This document shows, in pieces, positions 11,600 through 20,294 of a stretch of DNA of 64,000 bases. The stretch comes from an uncultured Intrasporangiaceae bacterium. Its GTDB lineage: Bacteria > Actinomycetota > Actinomycetes > Actinomycetales > Dermatophilaceae. Position numbers and translations under genes: made by a program. The stretch spans positions 5,601-69,600 of the forward strand of contig CAZYHR010000002.1 of assembly GCA_964647395.1 (NCBI GenBank). The letters are read 5' to 3'. Each line of letters begins with the position of its first letter. Positions within the stretch are counted from its first letter, which is position 1. A model generated the notes under the pieces. The model searched no databases and was not told the origin of the DNA. It was given only the letters and a program-made list of their open reading frames with translations.

Positions 11600-12529
11600 A
11601 TGAGCCTGGCGACCGACTGGAGGTCGGCCACCACCCACGTGCCCGTCGACGGCGGCAGGCTGCACGTGCACCGGCTCTCGGCCGCGGTGTCGCCCATCGC
11701 TCCCGCCGTCATCGCGCTGCACGGCATCACCGGCAACTCGCTGGCCTGGCTGCCGGTGGCCCAGTTGCTCACCGGGCGGCTCACCGTGTGGGCCCCCGAC
11801 CTGCGCGGCCGCGCCGGCTCGCGTGAGGTGAGTGCCCCCTACGGGGTCGGCGCGCACGCCGACGACGTGGTCCGGCTGATGGACCACCTCGGGCTGGAGC
11901 GGGCGGTCCTGCTCGGGCACTCGATGGGCGCCTCGATCGGCAGTGTAGTCGCGGCCCGGCACCCCGAGCGGGTGCACGGGCTGATCATGGTCGACGGCGG
12001 CATCTATGCCGGTGGCCCGACCTGGCAGGACCACGACGCCTTCCTGCGTTTCGTCCTCGGCCCGGCCATCGAGCGGCTGTCGATGACCTTCCGCAACCTG
12101 GCCGAATACCTGGCGTTCTGGTCGGTGCACCCGGGGCTCGGGCCGAGTCTGCACGGCCCCTACCGGCACCTGATCCAGACCTATCTGGCCTACGACCTGA
12201 TGCGGGTCGGCGACGTCTTCCGCTCGTCCTGCGTGCAGGAGGCGGTCAGCGCCGACGGCTCGAGCATGGCGGTCGATGCCGAGGTGCTCGCGGCGCCGTT
12301 CACCAGCCTGGCGGCCGGGGTCCCGATGCACCTCATGTGGGCCCCGCGCGGCGCCCTCAACCAGCCGATGGGCATCTACGGCGGCATGTGGCCCAGTTCC
12401 ATCGACCTGCCCGACGGCCTGTCCACCGAGCGGGTGCCCGACACCAACCACTACACCGTGATCTTCGAGCCGCCGGCGGCGCGCCGCGTGGCGCACCGTG
12501 TGTTGGAGACCGCTGGACTGGTCGGCTGA
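11600..12529 (+). CDS. Alpha/beta hydrolase
   Basis: It has an HG oxyanion motif (VIALHGITGN), the nucleophile elbow LLGHSMGASIG and a C-terminal His (DTNHYT). Confidence 0.8.
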   Translation: MSLATDWRSATTHVPVDGGRLHVHRLSAAVSPIAPAVIALHGITGNSLAWLPVAQLLTGRLTVWAPDLRGRAGSREVSAPYGVGAHADDVVRLMDHLGLERAVLLGHSMGASIGSVVAARHPERVHGLIMVDGGIYAGGPTWQDHDAFLRFVLGPAIERLSMTFRNLAEYLAFWSVHPGLGPSLHGPYRHLIQTYLAYDLMRVGDVFRSSCVQEAVSADGSSMAVDAEVLAAPFTSLAAGVPMHLMWAPRGALNQPMGIYGGMWPSSIDLPDGLSTERVPDTNHYTVIFEPPAARRVAHRVLETAGLVG

Positions 12530-12661
12530 CGTATCGTCGGTTAAGCGGCCCGGACGGTCCGATCGGTCGATGTGAGCGGTTTCACTGGCTCCTTATCGTC
12601 GACAGTAAGGTCCGGGGTGCAGTCTGGCCCGGGTCAACGTCGACGGAGGGAGCGGGTGGTG

Positions 12662-13621
12662 ATGGTCGCCGACCCACGCATCGATCCCGTCAACGCCTCG
12701 TTGGCCTGGCAACTGCAGACGACCTTCCCGGCGGCGCACCTCACCTACTTCTCCGACCCGCGCCTGCAGTTCGCGACCAAGGCGATCGCGGTGCCGACGC
12801 AGGTGCTCGTGCCGACCCGGCACGGCCCGATTCGCGCCCTGGTCTACAGCCCGCACATCGGAGACATCCGCGCGGCTGAGCGCGCCCGGCGCCGGCCGCC
12901 GGTGCACGTCCTCGTGCACGGCGGAGCCTTCATCATCCGGATGCCCGAGCAGGAGGACAACGTCGCCCGCTATCTGGCCTCGGAGGTCGGCTGCTACGTC
13001 GTCATGCCGGACTACAGCACGGCCCCCGAGGTCTGCTTCCCGGTCGCCGAGCACCAGGTTTACGACGTCTTCCGCTGGGTCCGGTCCAACGCCCGGCTGC
13101 GGGGCTGGGACGACACCCGCATGTCGGTCGGTGGGCCGAGCGCGGGCACCAAGCTGGCCATCGGGATCGTCCAGCAGTGCCTGACCGACCGGATCCCCGG
13201 CCCGGTGGCCCTGACCAGCGACTACGGCACCTGCGACCTGTCCCGCAGCGACCGCCGGCGGCCCTCGGAGTCGTCCAGCCCGGTGGTCACCCCGGCGCTG
13301 ACCAAACTGATCCGGGCCACCTATTTCGCCGGTGCCGACCTCACCGACCCGCTCGTGTCGCCCTACTACGACGACCGGCTCGACAAGTTCCCACCGACCC
13401 TGGTGGTCACCGCGGAGTTCGACACGCTCAAGCACGAAATGCGCGAGTTCGCCGACGCGCTCGGCGCCGAGGGGGTGCCGGTGACCTATCGCGAGCTGCG
13501 CGGCGTCGACCACGGCTTCACCCACATGCTGCCGGTCTCCGCCGCCCACGAGGCGCTCGAGTTGCTCGGCGCGCACCTGCGCGGGGCGTTCGCCCTGGGG
13601 CTCATCTCGCACGCCGCCTGA
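12662..13621 (+). CDS. Alpha/beta hydrolase fold-3 esterase/lipase (HSL family)
   Basis: It has the HGGAF oxyanion motif, a GPSAG nucleophile elbow and a C-terminal DHGF His motif. Confidence 0.8.
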   Translation: MVADPRIDPVNASLAWQLQTTFPAAHLTYFSDPRLQFATKAIAVPTQVLVPTRHGPIRALVYSPHIGDIRAAERARRRPPVHVLVHGGAFIIRMPEQEDNVARYLASEVGCYVVMPDYSTAPEVCFPVAEHQVYDVFRWVRSNARLRGWDDTRMSVGGPSAGTKLAIGIVQQCLTDRIPGPVALTSDYGTCDLSRSDRRRPSESSSPVVTPALTKLIRATYFAGADLTDPLVSPYYDDRLDKFPPTLVVTAEFDTLKHEMREFADALGAEGVPVTYRELRGVDHGFTHMLPVSAAHEALELLGAHLRGAFALGLISHAA

Positions 13622-13638
13622 CCGGAGCACGCGCCGGG

Positions 13639-14256
13639 TCACCCGCCCGGGTCGCGCATCCCCTCGAAGGCGAGCGCCCAGACGGCGTCGGCCAGCCGGT
13701 CGATGTCCTGCGGCGTCGCCGGGCGGGCCCACTCGATGAGCGAGTTGACCATGCCGAAGAGCAGCCGGGCGGTCACCGAGGGGTCGATGTCGGGCCGCAC
13801 GGATCCCTCGGCGGCGGCCTCCATGACCAGCCTGGCGCAGTACTGGTCGAAGGCTCGCCGCCGCTGCATGGCCCGCCGCTCGACCTCGGTGTTGCCGTGC
13901 ACCCGCAGCAGCAGGGTGACGAACGGTTTGCGCTCGATGAGGACCGCGACGCTGCCCCGGATCAGGTGCTCGAGCCGATCGACGGCGCTGGCCCGCAGTT
14001 CGCGGCTCTGGGCCATCGCGTCGCCCAGGCCGTCCAGGGCCCGGTTGACCGCCAGATCGAGCAGTTGGTCCTTGCTGGACACGTGGTGATAGATCGCCGA
14101 CTTGGAGATGCCCAAGCGCCGGGACAGATCCTCCATGCTCGTGCCGTCGAAGCCCTTCTTGTTGAAGACTTCCACCGAGGTGTCGAGCAGGCTGTCCAAG
14201 TCGTACCCCGGTCGGCCACGACGCCGGGGGAGGGACTCGGCCTCTGGCATGAGCAT
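13639..14256 (-). CDS. TetR/AcrR family transcriptional regulator (candidate PaaR-like repressor)
   Basis: The N-terminal HTH reads LDTSVEVFNKKGFDGTSMEDLSRRLGISKSAIYHHVSSKDQLL. The start is ATG 14256 or 14250. Palindromes lie in its own upstream region. Confidence 0.85.
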   Translation of the reverse strand: MLMPEAESLPRRRGRPGYDLDSLLDTSVEVFNKKGFDGTSMEDLSRRLGISKSAIYHHVSSKDQLLDLAVNRALDGLGDAMAQSRELRASAVDRLEHLIRGSVAVLIERKPFVTLLLRVHGNTEVERRAMQRRRAFDQYCARLVMEAAAEGSVRPDIDPSVTARLLFGMVNSLIEWARPATPQDIDRLADAVWALAFEGMRDPGG

Positions 14257-14267
14257 CAGTATGCTCA
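14250..14267. promoter_or_regulatory. Perfect 7-4-7 palindrome TGAGCAT-CAGT-ATGCTCA overlapping the TetR start codon
   Basis: Read directly from the sequence. It is AT-rich relative to its surroundings and may be an operator or a coincidence. Confidence 0.35.
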
Positions 14268-14372
14268 CTTCCGGCGCCCCATGCGATGCTGGCGCCGTGG
14301 GTAACAGTACGTCCATGCAGTGAAAACCGCTGCTTCGTGGGCTTGGTTCACGGCCCAGGAGCAGGCACACTT

Positions 14373-14390
14373 ACTGAACGAACGTTCAGT
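14373..14390. promoter_or_regulatory. Perfect 8-2-8 palindrome ACTGAACG-AA-CGTTCAGT, candidate TetR operator
   Basis: It lies in the divergent TetR/GNAT intergenic region. It has an AACG-N2-CGTT core and contains GAACGTTC. Confidence 0.55.
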
Positions 14391-14451
14391 GCGACGACGA
14401 TGTCCTCCCGAGGGTCGTTGTCGTATTGACGACGACCCGAGGGAGATTGCC

Positions 14452-14922
14452 ATGCCCCACTCCGCCGCCTCGTCCTACTCGGTCGACGCGCTGACCATCG
14501 AGGATGGTCTGGACATCGCCATGTGGCGCACCCCGGGGCCGTGGGCCGTCGAGGACTCCTTGACCGACCCGCGACCGGACGAGGGCTACTGGGCGGTGCG
14601 CGACGGCAGCGGCGCACTGGTCGGCTACTGCGTCTTCGGCTCCAAGGCCCGCCCGATCGGGCTGCCGGCCAAGCCGGGCACCCTCGACGTCGCGATCGGC
14701 ATGGCACCGCAGTACACCGGCCGGCACCTGTCGGGTGACTTCGCCCGGGCGGTCGTCCAGCGGGGCCGCGACGTCGCCGACGACCGCAAGCTGCGGTGCG
14801 CCGTCGCCCAGTGGAACGCCGTGGGACGGCACACGACCGAGGCCGCCGGCTTCAAGCTGGTCGGCATGCACGAGGTCAAGGGCGGCGCCACCACGGCCAA
14901 CTACTACGTCTACGAGATGTGA
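14452..14922 (+). CDS. GNAT family N-acetyltransferase
   Basis: The size and C-terminal pattern (YTGRHLSGDFARAVV...NAVGRHTTEAAGFKLVG) fit the GNAT family. ATG 14452 was chosen. Confidence 0.6.
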   Translation: MPHSAASSYSVDALTIEDGLDIAMWRTPGPWAVEDSLTDPRPDEGYWAVRDGSGALVGYCVFGSKARPIGLPAKPGTLDVAIGMAPQYTGRHLSGDFARAVVQRGRDVADDRKLRCAVAQWNAVGRHTTEAAGFKLVGMHEVKGGATTANYYVYEM

Positions 14923-14956
14923 CGGGTGACGACCAGAGACGGGTGACGACCAGAGA
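14923..14956. repeat. Tandem duplication 2 x 17 bp (CGGGTGACGACCAGAGA) plus a degenerate third copy
   Basis: Read directly from the sequence. It begins one base after the GNAT stop codon, upstream of the paaH-like gene. Confidence 0.8.
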
Positions 14957-15045
14957 CCGTGTGACGCCAAGAGGCGCGAGATGTGCTGACCAGCGGCCGG
15001 GAGCGACCCGGCCGGTGCCGAACGACTAGGGGAGTGCGGGACAAC

Positions 15046-15942
15046 GTGACCGACCAAGCTGACCTCTCGAGCGACGCCGACGACCCCACGGCCGCGCTGG
15101 CCGGCGTGGGGGTCGTCGGTGGCGGGACGATGGGATCCGGCATCGTCCACAGCCTGCTCGCGGCCGGCCTGACGGTCGTGCTCGTCGAGTCGGACGAGGC
15201 GGCGCTGAGCCGGGCCGGCGGCCTGGTGCGCGCCAGCCTGCAGGGCGCCGCCGACCGGGGCAAGCTGGCCCAGGGGCAGAGCGTCGACGGGCTGCTGACC
15301 CAGCTCACCGAGACCACCGACCGCAGCCGGCTGCGCGGGTGCGGGCTGGTCATCGAGGCGGTCCCGGAGATCCTCGACCTCAAGCGCACGCTGCTGGCCG
15401 ACGTCGAGGGCTACCTCGACCCCGACGCGGTGCTCGCCACCAACACCAGCTCACTGTCGCTGGAGCTCATCGGCGAGTCGCTGCAGCGGCCGGGTCGCTT
15501 CCTGGGCACCCACTTCTTCAACCCGGTGCCGGTGCAGAAGCTGCTCGAGATGGTCCGCACCGACCGGACCGACGAGGACGCCCTTGCCCTGGTCCGGGCC
15601 CTGGGCGCCCGGCTCGGCAAGACGGTCGTCGAGGTCCGCGACTCGCCCGGCTTCGCGACCAGCCGGCTGGGCGTGCTGGTCGGCCTCGAGGCGATCCGGA
15701 TGGTCCAGGAGGGCGTGGCCTCCCCGCAGGACATCGACACGGCGATGGAGCTGGGCTATCGCTACCCGATGGGCCCGTGCCGGCTCGGCGACCTGGTCGG
15801 CCACGACGTGCGGCTCGGCATCGCCGAGTACCTCGCCTCGACCCTCGGGCCCCGCTTCGACCCGCCGCAGCTGCTGCGGGACATGGTGGCCGAGGGCAAG
15901 CTGGGCAAGAAGAGCGGGCAGGGCTTCTACACGTGGAGCTGA
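15046..15942 (+). CDS. paaH: 3-hydroxyacyl-CoA dehydrogenase (PaaH/Hbd-like)
   Basis: It has the Rossmann motif VGVVGGGTMGSGI and the C-terminal GKLGKKSGQGFY pattern of 3-hydroxybutyryl/3-hydroxyadipyl-CoA dehydrogenases. It is followed by PaaF/PaaG-like crotonases. Confidence 0.75.
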   Translation: MTDQADLSSDADDPTAALAGVGVVGGGTMGSGIVHSLLAAGLTVVLVESDEAALSRAGGLVRASLQGAADRGKLAQGQSVDGLLTQLTETTDRSRLRGCGLVIEAVPEILDLKRTLLADVEGYLDPDAVLATNTSSLSLELIGESLQRPGRFLGTHFFNPVPVQKLLEMVRTDRTDEDALALVRALGARLGKTVVEVRDSPGFATSRLGVLVGLEAIRMVQEGVASPQDIDTAMELGYRYPMGPCRLGDLVGHDVRLGIAEYLASTLGPRFDPPQLLRDMVAEGKLGKKSGQGFYTWS

Positions 15943-16715
15943 TCACCGTCCGCCGCGACGGCCCGATCACGCTGATCGGCCTGGACCGGCCCGAGAAGCT
16001 CAACGCCCTCGACCAGGCGCTGTGTGACGAGCTGACCCAGGTGCTGACCGAGATCAGGCACGAGCCGGCCATCCTCGTCATCCACTCGACCACGCCCGGC
16101 ATGTTCGTCGCGGGCGCCGATATCGCCGAGCTGCTCGAGCGCGACGCCGAGATCGGCATGCGAGGGGTCAACGCGACCCTCTTCGAGCTGCTCGAGGCCC
16201 ATCGGTGGCCCACCGTCGCGGCCATCGACGGCCCGGCCCTGGGCGGGGGCTGCGAGCTGGCCCTGGCCTGCGACCTGCGGGTGGCCTCCGACCGGTCCAA
16301 GTTCGGCCAGCCCGAGCTCGGGCTGGGCATCCTGGCCGGGGCCGGCGGCAACTGGCGGCTGGCCCAGGCGGTCGGCCTGCCGATGGCCCGCCGACTGCTC
16401 TACACCGGCCGCGTCCTCACCGCGGCCGAGGCCGAGCAGGCCGGCCTGGTCGACCAGGTGACCTCCCCGGACGAGGTCGTCGACGCCGCGGTCGCCCTGG
16501 CCCGGCAGATCGGCAAGCAGTCGTGGCGGGCGCTGGAGCTGACCAAGGTCGCGCTGCGCCTGCACCGGCCCGCCACGACCCTCTACGACATGACCGCTCA
16601 GGCCCTGCTCTTCGAGAGCGAGGACAAGAAGGCCCGGATGCGGGCCTTCCTCGACGAGCGAGCCCGACGCCGCGCCGAGCGCGAGGCCCGGGCCGCCCAC
16701 ACCCCGGAAGGATGA
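15933..16715 (+). CDS. paaF: Enoyl-CoA hydratase (PaaF-like)
   Basis: Crotonase fold is indicated by LDRPEKLNAL, FVAGADI and DGPALGGGCELALACD. GTG 15933 overlaps the upstream stop. Confidence 0.7.
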   Translation: MELITVRRDGPITLIGLDRPEKLNALDQALCDELTQVLTEIRHEPAILVIHSTTPGMFVAGADIAELLERDAEIGMRGVNATLFELLEAHRWPTVAAIDGPALGGGCELALACDLRVASDRSKFGQPELGLGILAGAGGNWRLAQAVGLPMARRLLYTGRVLTAAEAEQAGLVDQVTSPDEVVDAAVALARQIGKQSWRALELTKVALRLHRPATTLYDMTAQALLFESEDKKARMRAFLDERARRRAEREARAAHTPEG

Positions 16716-16716
16716 C

Positions 16717-17514
16717 ATGACCGAGAGCACTGCAGAGGGCCAGGTCGTCCGCTACAGCGTCACCGACGCGGCGGCCGAGATCGTCCTGGACCGTCCCGCC
16801 CAGCTCAACGCCATGACCGACGCCATGGTCGAGCAGCTGCACGCCGCCCTGGACCGGCTCGAGGCCGACGGGGCCCGCGCGCTGCTGGTCCGCGCCGAGG
16901 GCCGCGGCTTCTGCGCCGGCCGGGACCTGGCCGGGGCCAAACCGGGACAGGAGGACGGCGGGCAGGTCCTGCTCGACATCTTCAACCCGCTGATGCGCCA
17001 GGTCGCCGGGCTGAGCATCCCGACGGTCGCCGCCGTCCAGGGCGCCTGTCTGGGCACCGGCCTCGGCCTGGCGCTGGCCTGCGACGTCATCCTCGCCGCC
17101 GACAACGCCAAGTTCGGCTCGCCGTTCGGCAAGATCGGCGCCGTCCTGGACTCCGGCGGTCACAAGGCCTTCGTCCAGCGGCTCGGCCCGGCGGTCGCGA
17201 TGGACCTCATCTACTCGGGCCGGTTCCTGTCCGGCGCCGAGGCGGCGGCCGCCGGCCTGGTCTCCCGAGCCGTCCCGGCCGACGATCTCACCGAGACCGC
17301 CCGCGCCTACGTCGCCGTCCTGGCCAAGGGGCCGGTGCTGGCCTTCGCCGAGTCCAAGCGACTGGTGCGCGAGGTCAGCGACACGGCGATCGACCTGGAC
17401 CGCATCCTCGACCTCGAGGCGGGCGCGCAGACCCGCGCCTCGCGGACCAAGGACTACACCGAGGGATTCACGGCGTTCCTCGAGCGCCGTGAGCCCCTGT
17501 TCCGCGGGGAGTGA
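16717..17514 (+). CDS. paaG: Enoyl-CoA hydratase/isomerase, PaaG-like (1,2-epoxyphenylacetyl-CoA isomerase)
   Basis: GRGFCAGRDL, FNPLMRQV...AAVQGACLGTGLGLALACD, KFGSPFGKIGAVLDSGG and the C-terminal DYTEGFTAFLERREPLFRGE parallel the E. coli PaaG sequence as I recall it. Confidence 0.65.
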   Translation: MTESTAEGQVVRYSVTDAAAEIVLDRPAQLNAMTDAMVEQLHAALDRLEADGARALLVRAEGRGFCAGRDLAGAKPGQEDGGQVLLDIFNPLMRQVAGLSIPTVAAVQGACLGTGLGLALACDVILAADNAKFGSPFGKIGAVLDSGGHKAFVQRLGPAVAMDLIYSGRFLSGAEAAAAGLVSRAVPADDLTETARAYVAVLAKGPVLAFAESKRLVREVSDTAIDLDRILDLEAGAQTRASRTKDYTEGFTAFLERREPLFRGE

Positions 17515-17517
17515 CCC

Positions 17518-18348
17518 GTGCCGCTTCTCGAACGCCCTGACGCACAGATCTGGTGGGAGTCCCGCGGCACCGGGTCCCCGCTGCTCGTCCTGCAGGGTCT
17601 CGGCGACCCCTCCGACGCCACCTGGCGGCTGATGCCGGCGCTGACCGCGCGGCATACCGTGCTGCTCGTCGACAACCGCGCGGTGGGGCGCAGCTCGATC
17701 CCGCACCGCGACTTCACCATCGACGACATGGCCCGTGACGCCGCCGCCGTGGTTGAGCAGGCGGGGCTGGGCCCGGCCCATGTCATCGGCTTCTCGATGG
17801 GCGGGCTGATCGCCCAGGAGCTGGCCCTGCGGCATCCCGAGCTGGTCCGCAGCCTCACCCTGGCCTGCACGTCACCCGGTGGCCGGGACGCGACACCGAT
17901 GAGCCGGCGGGTGGCGCACATCTTCAACGACCCGCACACGCTGACCTCGCCGGCGCGGGCCGCGGTGATGTATGCCGCCGCGACCTCGGCCATGGCGATC
18001 CACGCCGACGCGCACATGCGGCTGTCGCGGCCGACGACCCACCTCGGCTACGCCAAGCAACTGCTCGCGGTGGCTCGTTACGGCGGGTGCCTGCGCCGGC
18101 TGCACCACCTGTCCTGTCCGACCCTCATCGTGCACGGCACCAAGGACCTCATCGTCCCGGTGCACAACGCCGACCTGCTGCACGCGCGGGTGCCGCACGC
18201 GCAGATCTGCAAGGTGCGCGGGGCCGGTCACATGCTGACGACCGACGCGACCGACGAGTTGCTCAACCGGCTGCTCACCTTCGCGGCCAGTTCCGACACG
18301 CCGGTCGCGCCGGGCCGGGCGACCGCGCTGCCGGGGAGAGCTGGATGA
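17518..18348 (+). CDS. Alpha/beta hydrolase
   Basis: The nucleophile elbow VIGFSMGGLIA and a C-terminal GAGHML His motif are present. It starts at GTG and overlaps the next gene. Confidence 0.8.
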   Translation: MPLLERPDAQIWWESRGTGSPLLVLQGLGDPSDATWRLMPALTARHTVLLVDNRAVGRSSIPHRDFTIDDMARDAAAVVEQAGLGPAHVIGFSMGGLIAQELALRHPELVRSLTLACTSPGGRDATPMSRRVAHIFNDPHTLTSPARAAVMYAAATSAMAIHADAHMRLSRPTTHLGYAKQLLAVARYGGCLRRLHHLSCPTLIVHGTKDLIVPVHNADLLHARVPHAQICKVRGAGHMLTTDATDELLNRLLTFAASSDTPVAPGRATALPGRAG

Positions 18349-19976
18349 TCCGCAGCACCATGCAGGACGACTCCCCGCTGACCGTGGGAGCCATCCTGCG
18401 GCACGCGGAGTCGCTGCACGGTGAGGTCGAGTTGCGCGCCTTCGACGGCTCCCGCGTGCACCGCACCCGCTACGCCGAGGTCGCCGACCGGTCCCGGCGG
18501 CTGGCCGGGGCGTTGCGGGCCGCCGGGGTGCGCGAGGGCGAGGCGGTCGCGACCTTCTCGTGGAACACCCAGCCGCACCTGGAGTGCTATCTGGGCATCC
18601 CGATCTCCGGGGCCGTGCTGCACACCGTCAACCTGCGGCTGTTCCCCGATCAGGTCGCCCAGATCATCGACGACGCCGCCGACCGGGTGCTCGTCGTCGA
18701 CGCCTCGCTGTGGGACACCATCGCCCCGGTGCTGCCGCAGCGGTCGTCGCTGCGGCTGGTGGTCACCACCGGCGGGCTGGACCCCGCCGTCGTCACCGCG
18801 GCCGTCCCCCGGGTCGAGGCGGTGACCTTCGACGACCTGGTGGCCAGCGCCGAGCCCTATGCCGGCGACGTCGCCGACGAACGGGCCGTTGCGTCGATGT
18901 GCTACACCAGCGGCACGACCGGCAGCCCCAAGGGTGTCGCCTACAGTCACCGGTCGGTGTGGCTGCACGCGATCGCCAACCTCACCGCGGCCGGCTTCGG
19001 CATCGGCGAGGCCGACCTGCTGCTGCAGGTGGTACCGATGTTCCACGTCAACGGGTGGGGCTTCCCGTATGCCGCGTGGTTGGCAGGCGCGGGCCTGCTG
19101 CTACCGGACCGCTACCTGCACGCTGACACGCTGGCCCCGCTCATCGCGCAGGAGCGTCCCACGGTGTCCGGGGGCGTGCCGACCGTCTGGCGGGGTGTCT
19201 TCGACTACGCCCAGGAGCACGACCTGGACCTCACCTCGCTGCGGATCATCTCGTGCGCCGGGTCGGCCGTGCCCGAGCAGTTGCTGCGCGACTACACCGG
19301 CCTGGGCATCCAGATGTACCAGGCCTGGGGGATGACCGAGACGTCGCCGTTGGCGGCGATCGCCCGCCCGCCGGTCGTCGACCGCGGCCGGGACGAGTGG
19401 TACTGGCGGACCCGCACCGGCCGGCCGGTGCCCGGCGTCGAGGTGCGCACCGTCGGTGAGGACGGGACCGTGCTGCCCCGCGACGGGGAGTCGGTCGGCG
19501 AACTGCAGGTGCGCGGGCCGTGGGTCGCCGCGGCATACCATCACGGAGCGGGCGCCGACAAGTTCGACGACGGCTGGCTGCGCACCGGCGACATGGGCAC
19601 GGTCGACGACGCCGGCGCCATGAAGATCACCGACCGGCTCAAGGACCTGATCAAGTCGGGGGGCGAGTGGATCTCCTCGACCGAGATCGAGGACATCCTG
19701 GCGCTGCATCCGCAGGTGCGTGAGGCCGCGGTCATCGGCATCCCGGACGCGCGGTGGGAGGAGCGGCCGCTGGCCCTCGTGGCACTGCGCCCGGGCGCCG
19801 ACGTCACCGACGAGCAACTGCGTGAGCACGTGCGCGGTCGGATCGCCAGGTGGCAGGCCCCCGAGCACTGGGTGCGGGTCGAGGCGGTGCCCCGCACCGG
19901 TGTCGGCAAGATCGACAAGCAGGCCCTGCGCGCGGCCTACCAGCAGGACGAGTTCGACATCCACACGCTCGACTAG
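18345..19976 (+). CDS. Acyl-CoA synthetase / long-chain fatty-acid-CoA ligase (AMP-binding)
   Basis: The AMP-binding motif MCYTSGTTGSPKG, YQAWGMTETSP and TGDMGTVDDAGAMKITDRLKDLIKSGGEWISS are present. Confidence 0.9.
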   Translation: MIRSTMQDDSPLTVGAILRHAESLHGEVELRAFDGSRVHRTRYAEVADRSRRLAGALRAAGVREGEAVATFSWNTQPHLECYLGIPISGAVLHTVNLRLFPDQVAQIIDDAADRVLVVDASLWDTIAPVLPQRSSLRLVVTTGGLDPAVVTAAVPRVEAVTFDDLVASAEPYAGDVADERAVASMCYTSGTTGSPKGVAYSHRSVWLHAIANLTAAGFGIGEADLLLQVVPMFHVNGWGFPYAAWLAGAGLLLPDRYLHADTLAPLIAQERPTVSGGVPTVWRGVFDYAQEHDLDLTSLRIISCAGSAVPEQLLRDYTGLGIQMYQAWGMTETSPLAAIARPPVVDRGRDEWYWRTRTGRPVPGVEVRTVGEDGTVLPRDGESVGELQVRGPWVAAAYHHGAGADKFDDGWLRTGDMGTVDDAGAMKITDRLKDLIKSGGEWISSTEIEDILALHPQVREAAVIGIPDARWEERPLALVALRPGADVTDEQLREHVRGRIARWQAPEHWVRVEAVPRTGVGKIDKQALRAAYQQDEFDIHTLD

Positions 19977-19999
19977 CCGCCCCGGACCGACGGCCGGGC

Positions 20000-20293
20000 T
20001 CAGCGGCGTAGGGCCTGCTCCCAGGTGTGGATCCAGGCCAGCGCGAGGTGGCGCTGCAACTCCAGGCCCTTGGTCGTCAGCTCGTAGTGCTGCTCGACGA
20101 TGGCGGCCGGGTCACCCAAGCCGGCCCGGACCACGAGCGGCAGGTGGGCATAGCCCTCGGACCCGCGCCACTGCGCGAGCTGCCGCTGCCAGCCGAACAT
20201 GGCGTCGACGGACGCGATGCCGCCGGCCCGAGCGGCGGACATCGCGGCCTCCTCGAGGGAGGCCGCGATGTCCGACGGCGAGGGAACCCGCAC
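20000..20293 (-). CDS. Small phasin-like paralogue D (unknown function)
   Basis: It shares the GDPxxIVE-x2-YE...L-helix block with ORFs 21538-21867 and 22378-22668. GTG 20293 lies one base after the stop of the upstream gene. Confidence 0.5.
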   Translation of the reverse strand: MRVPSPSDIAASLEEAAMSAARAGGIASVDAMFGWQRQLAQWRGSEGYAHLPLVVRAGLGDPAAIVEQHYELTTKGLELQRHLALAWIHTWEQALRR

Positions 20294-20294
20294 C

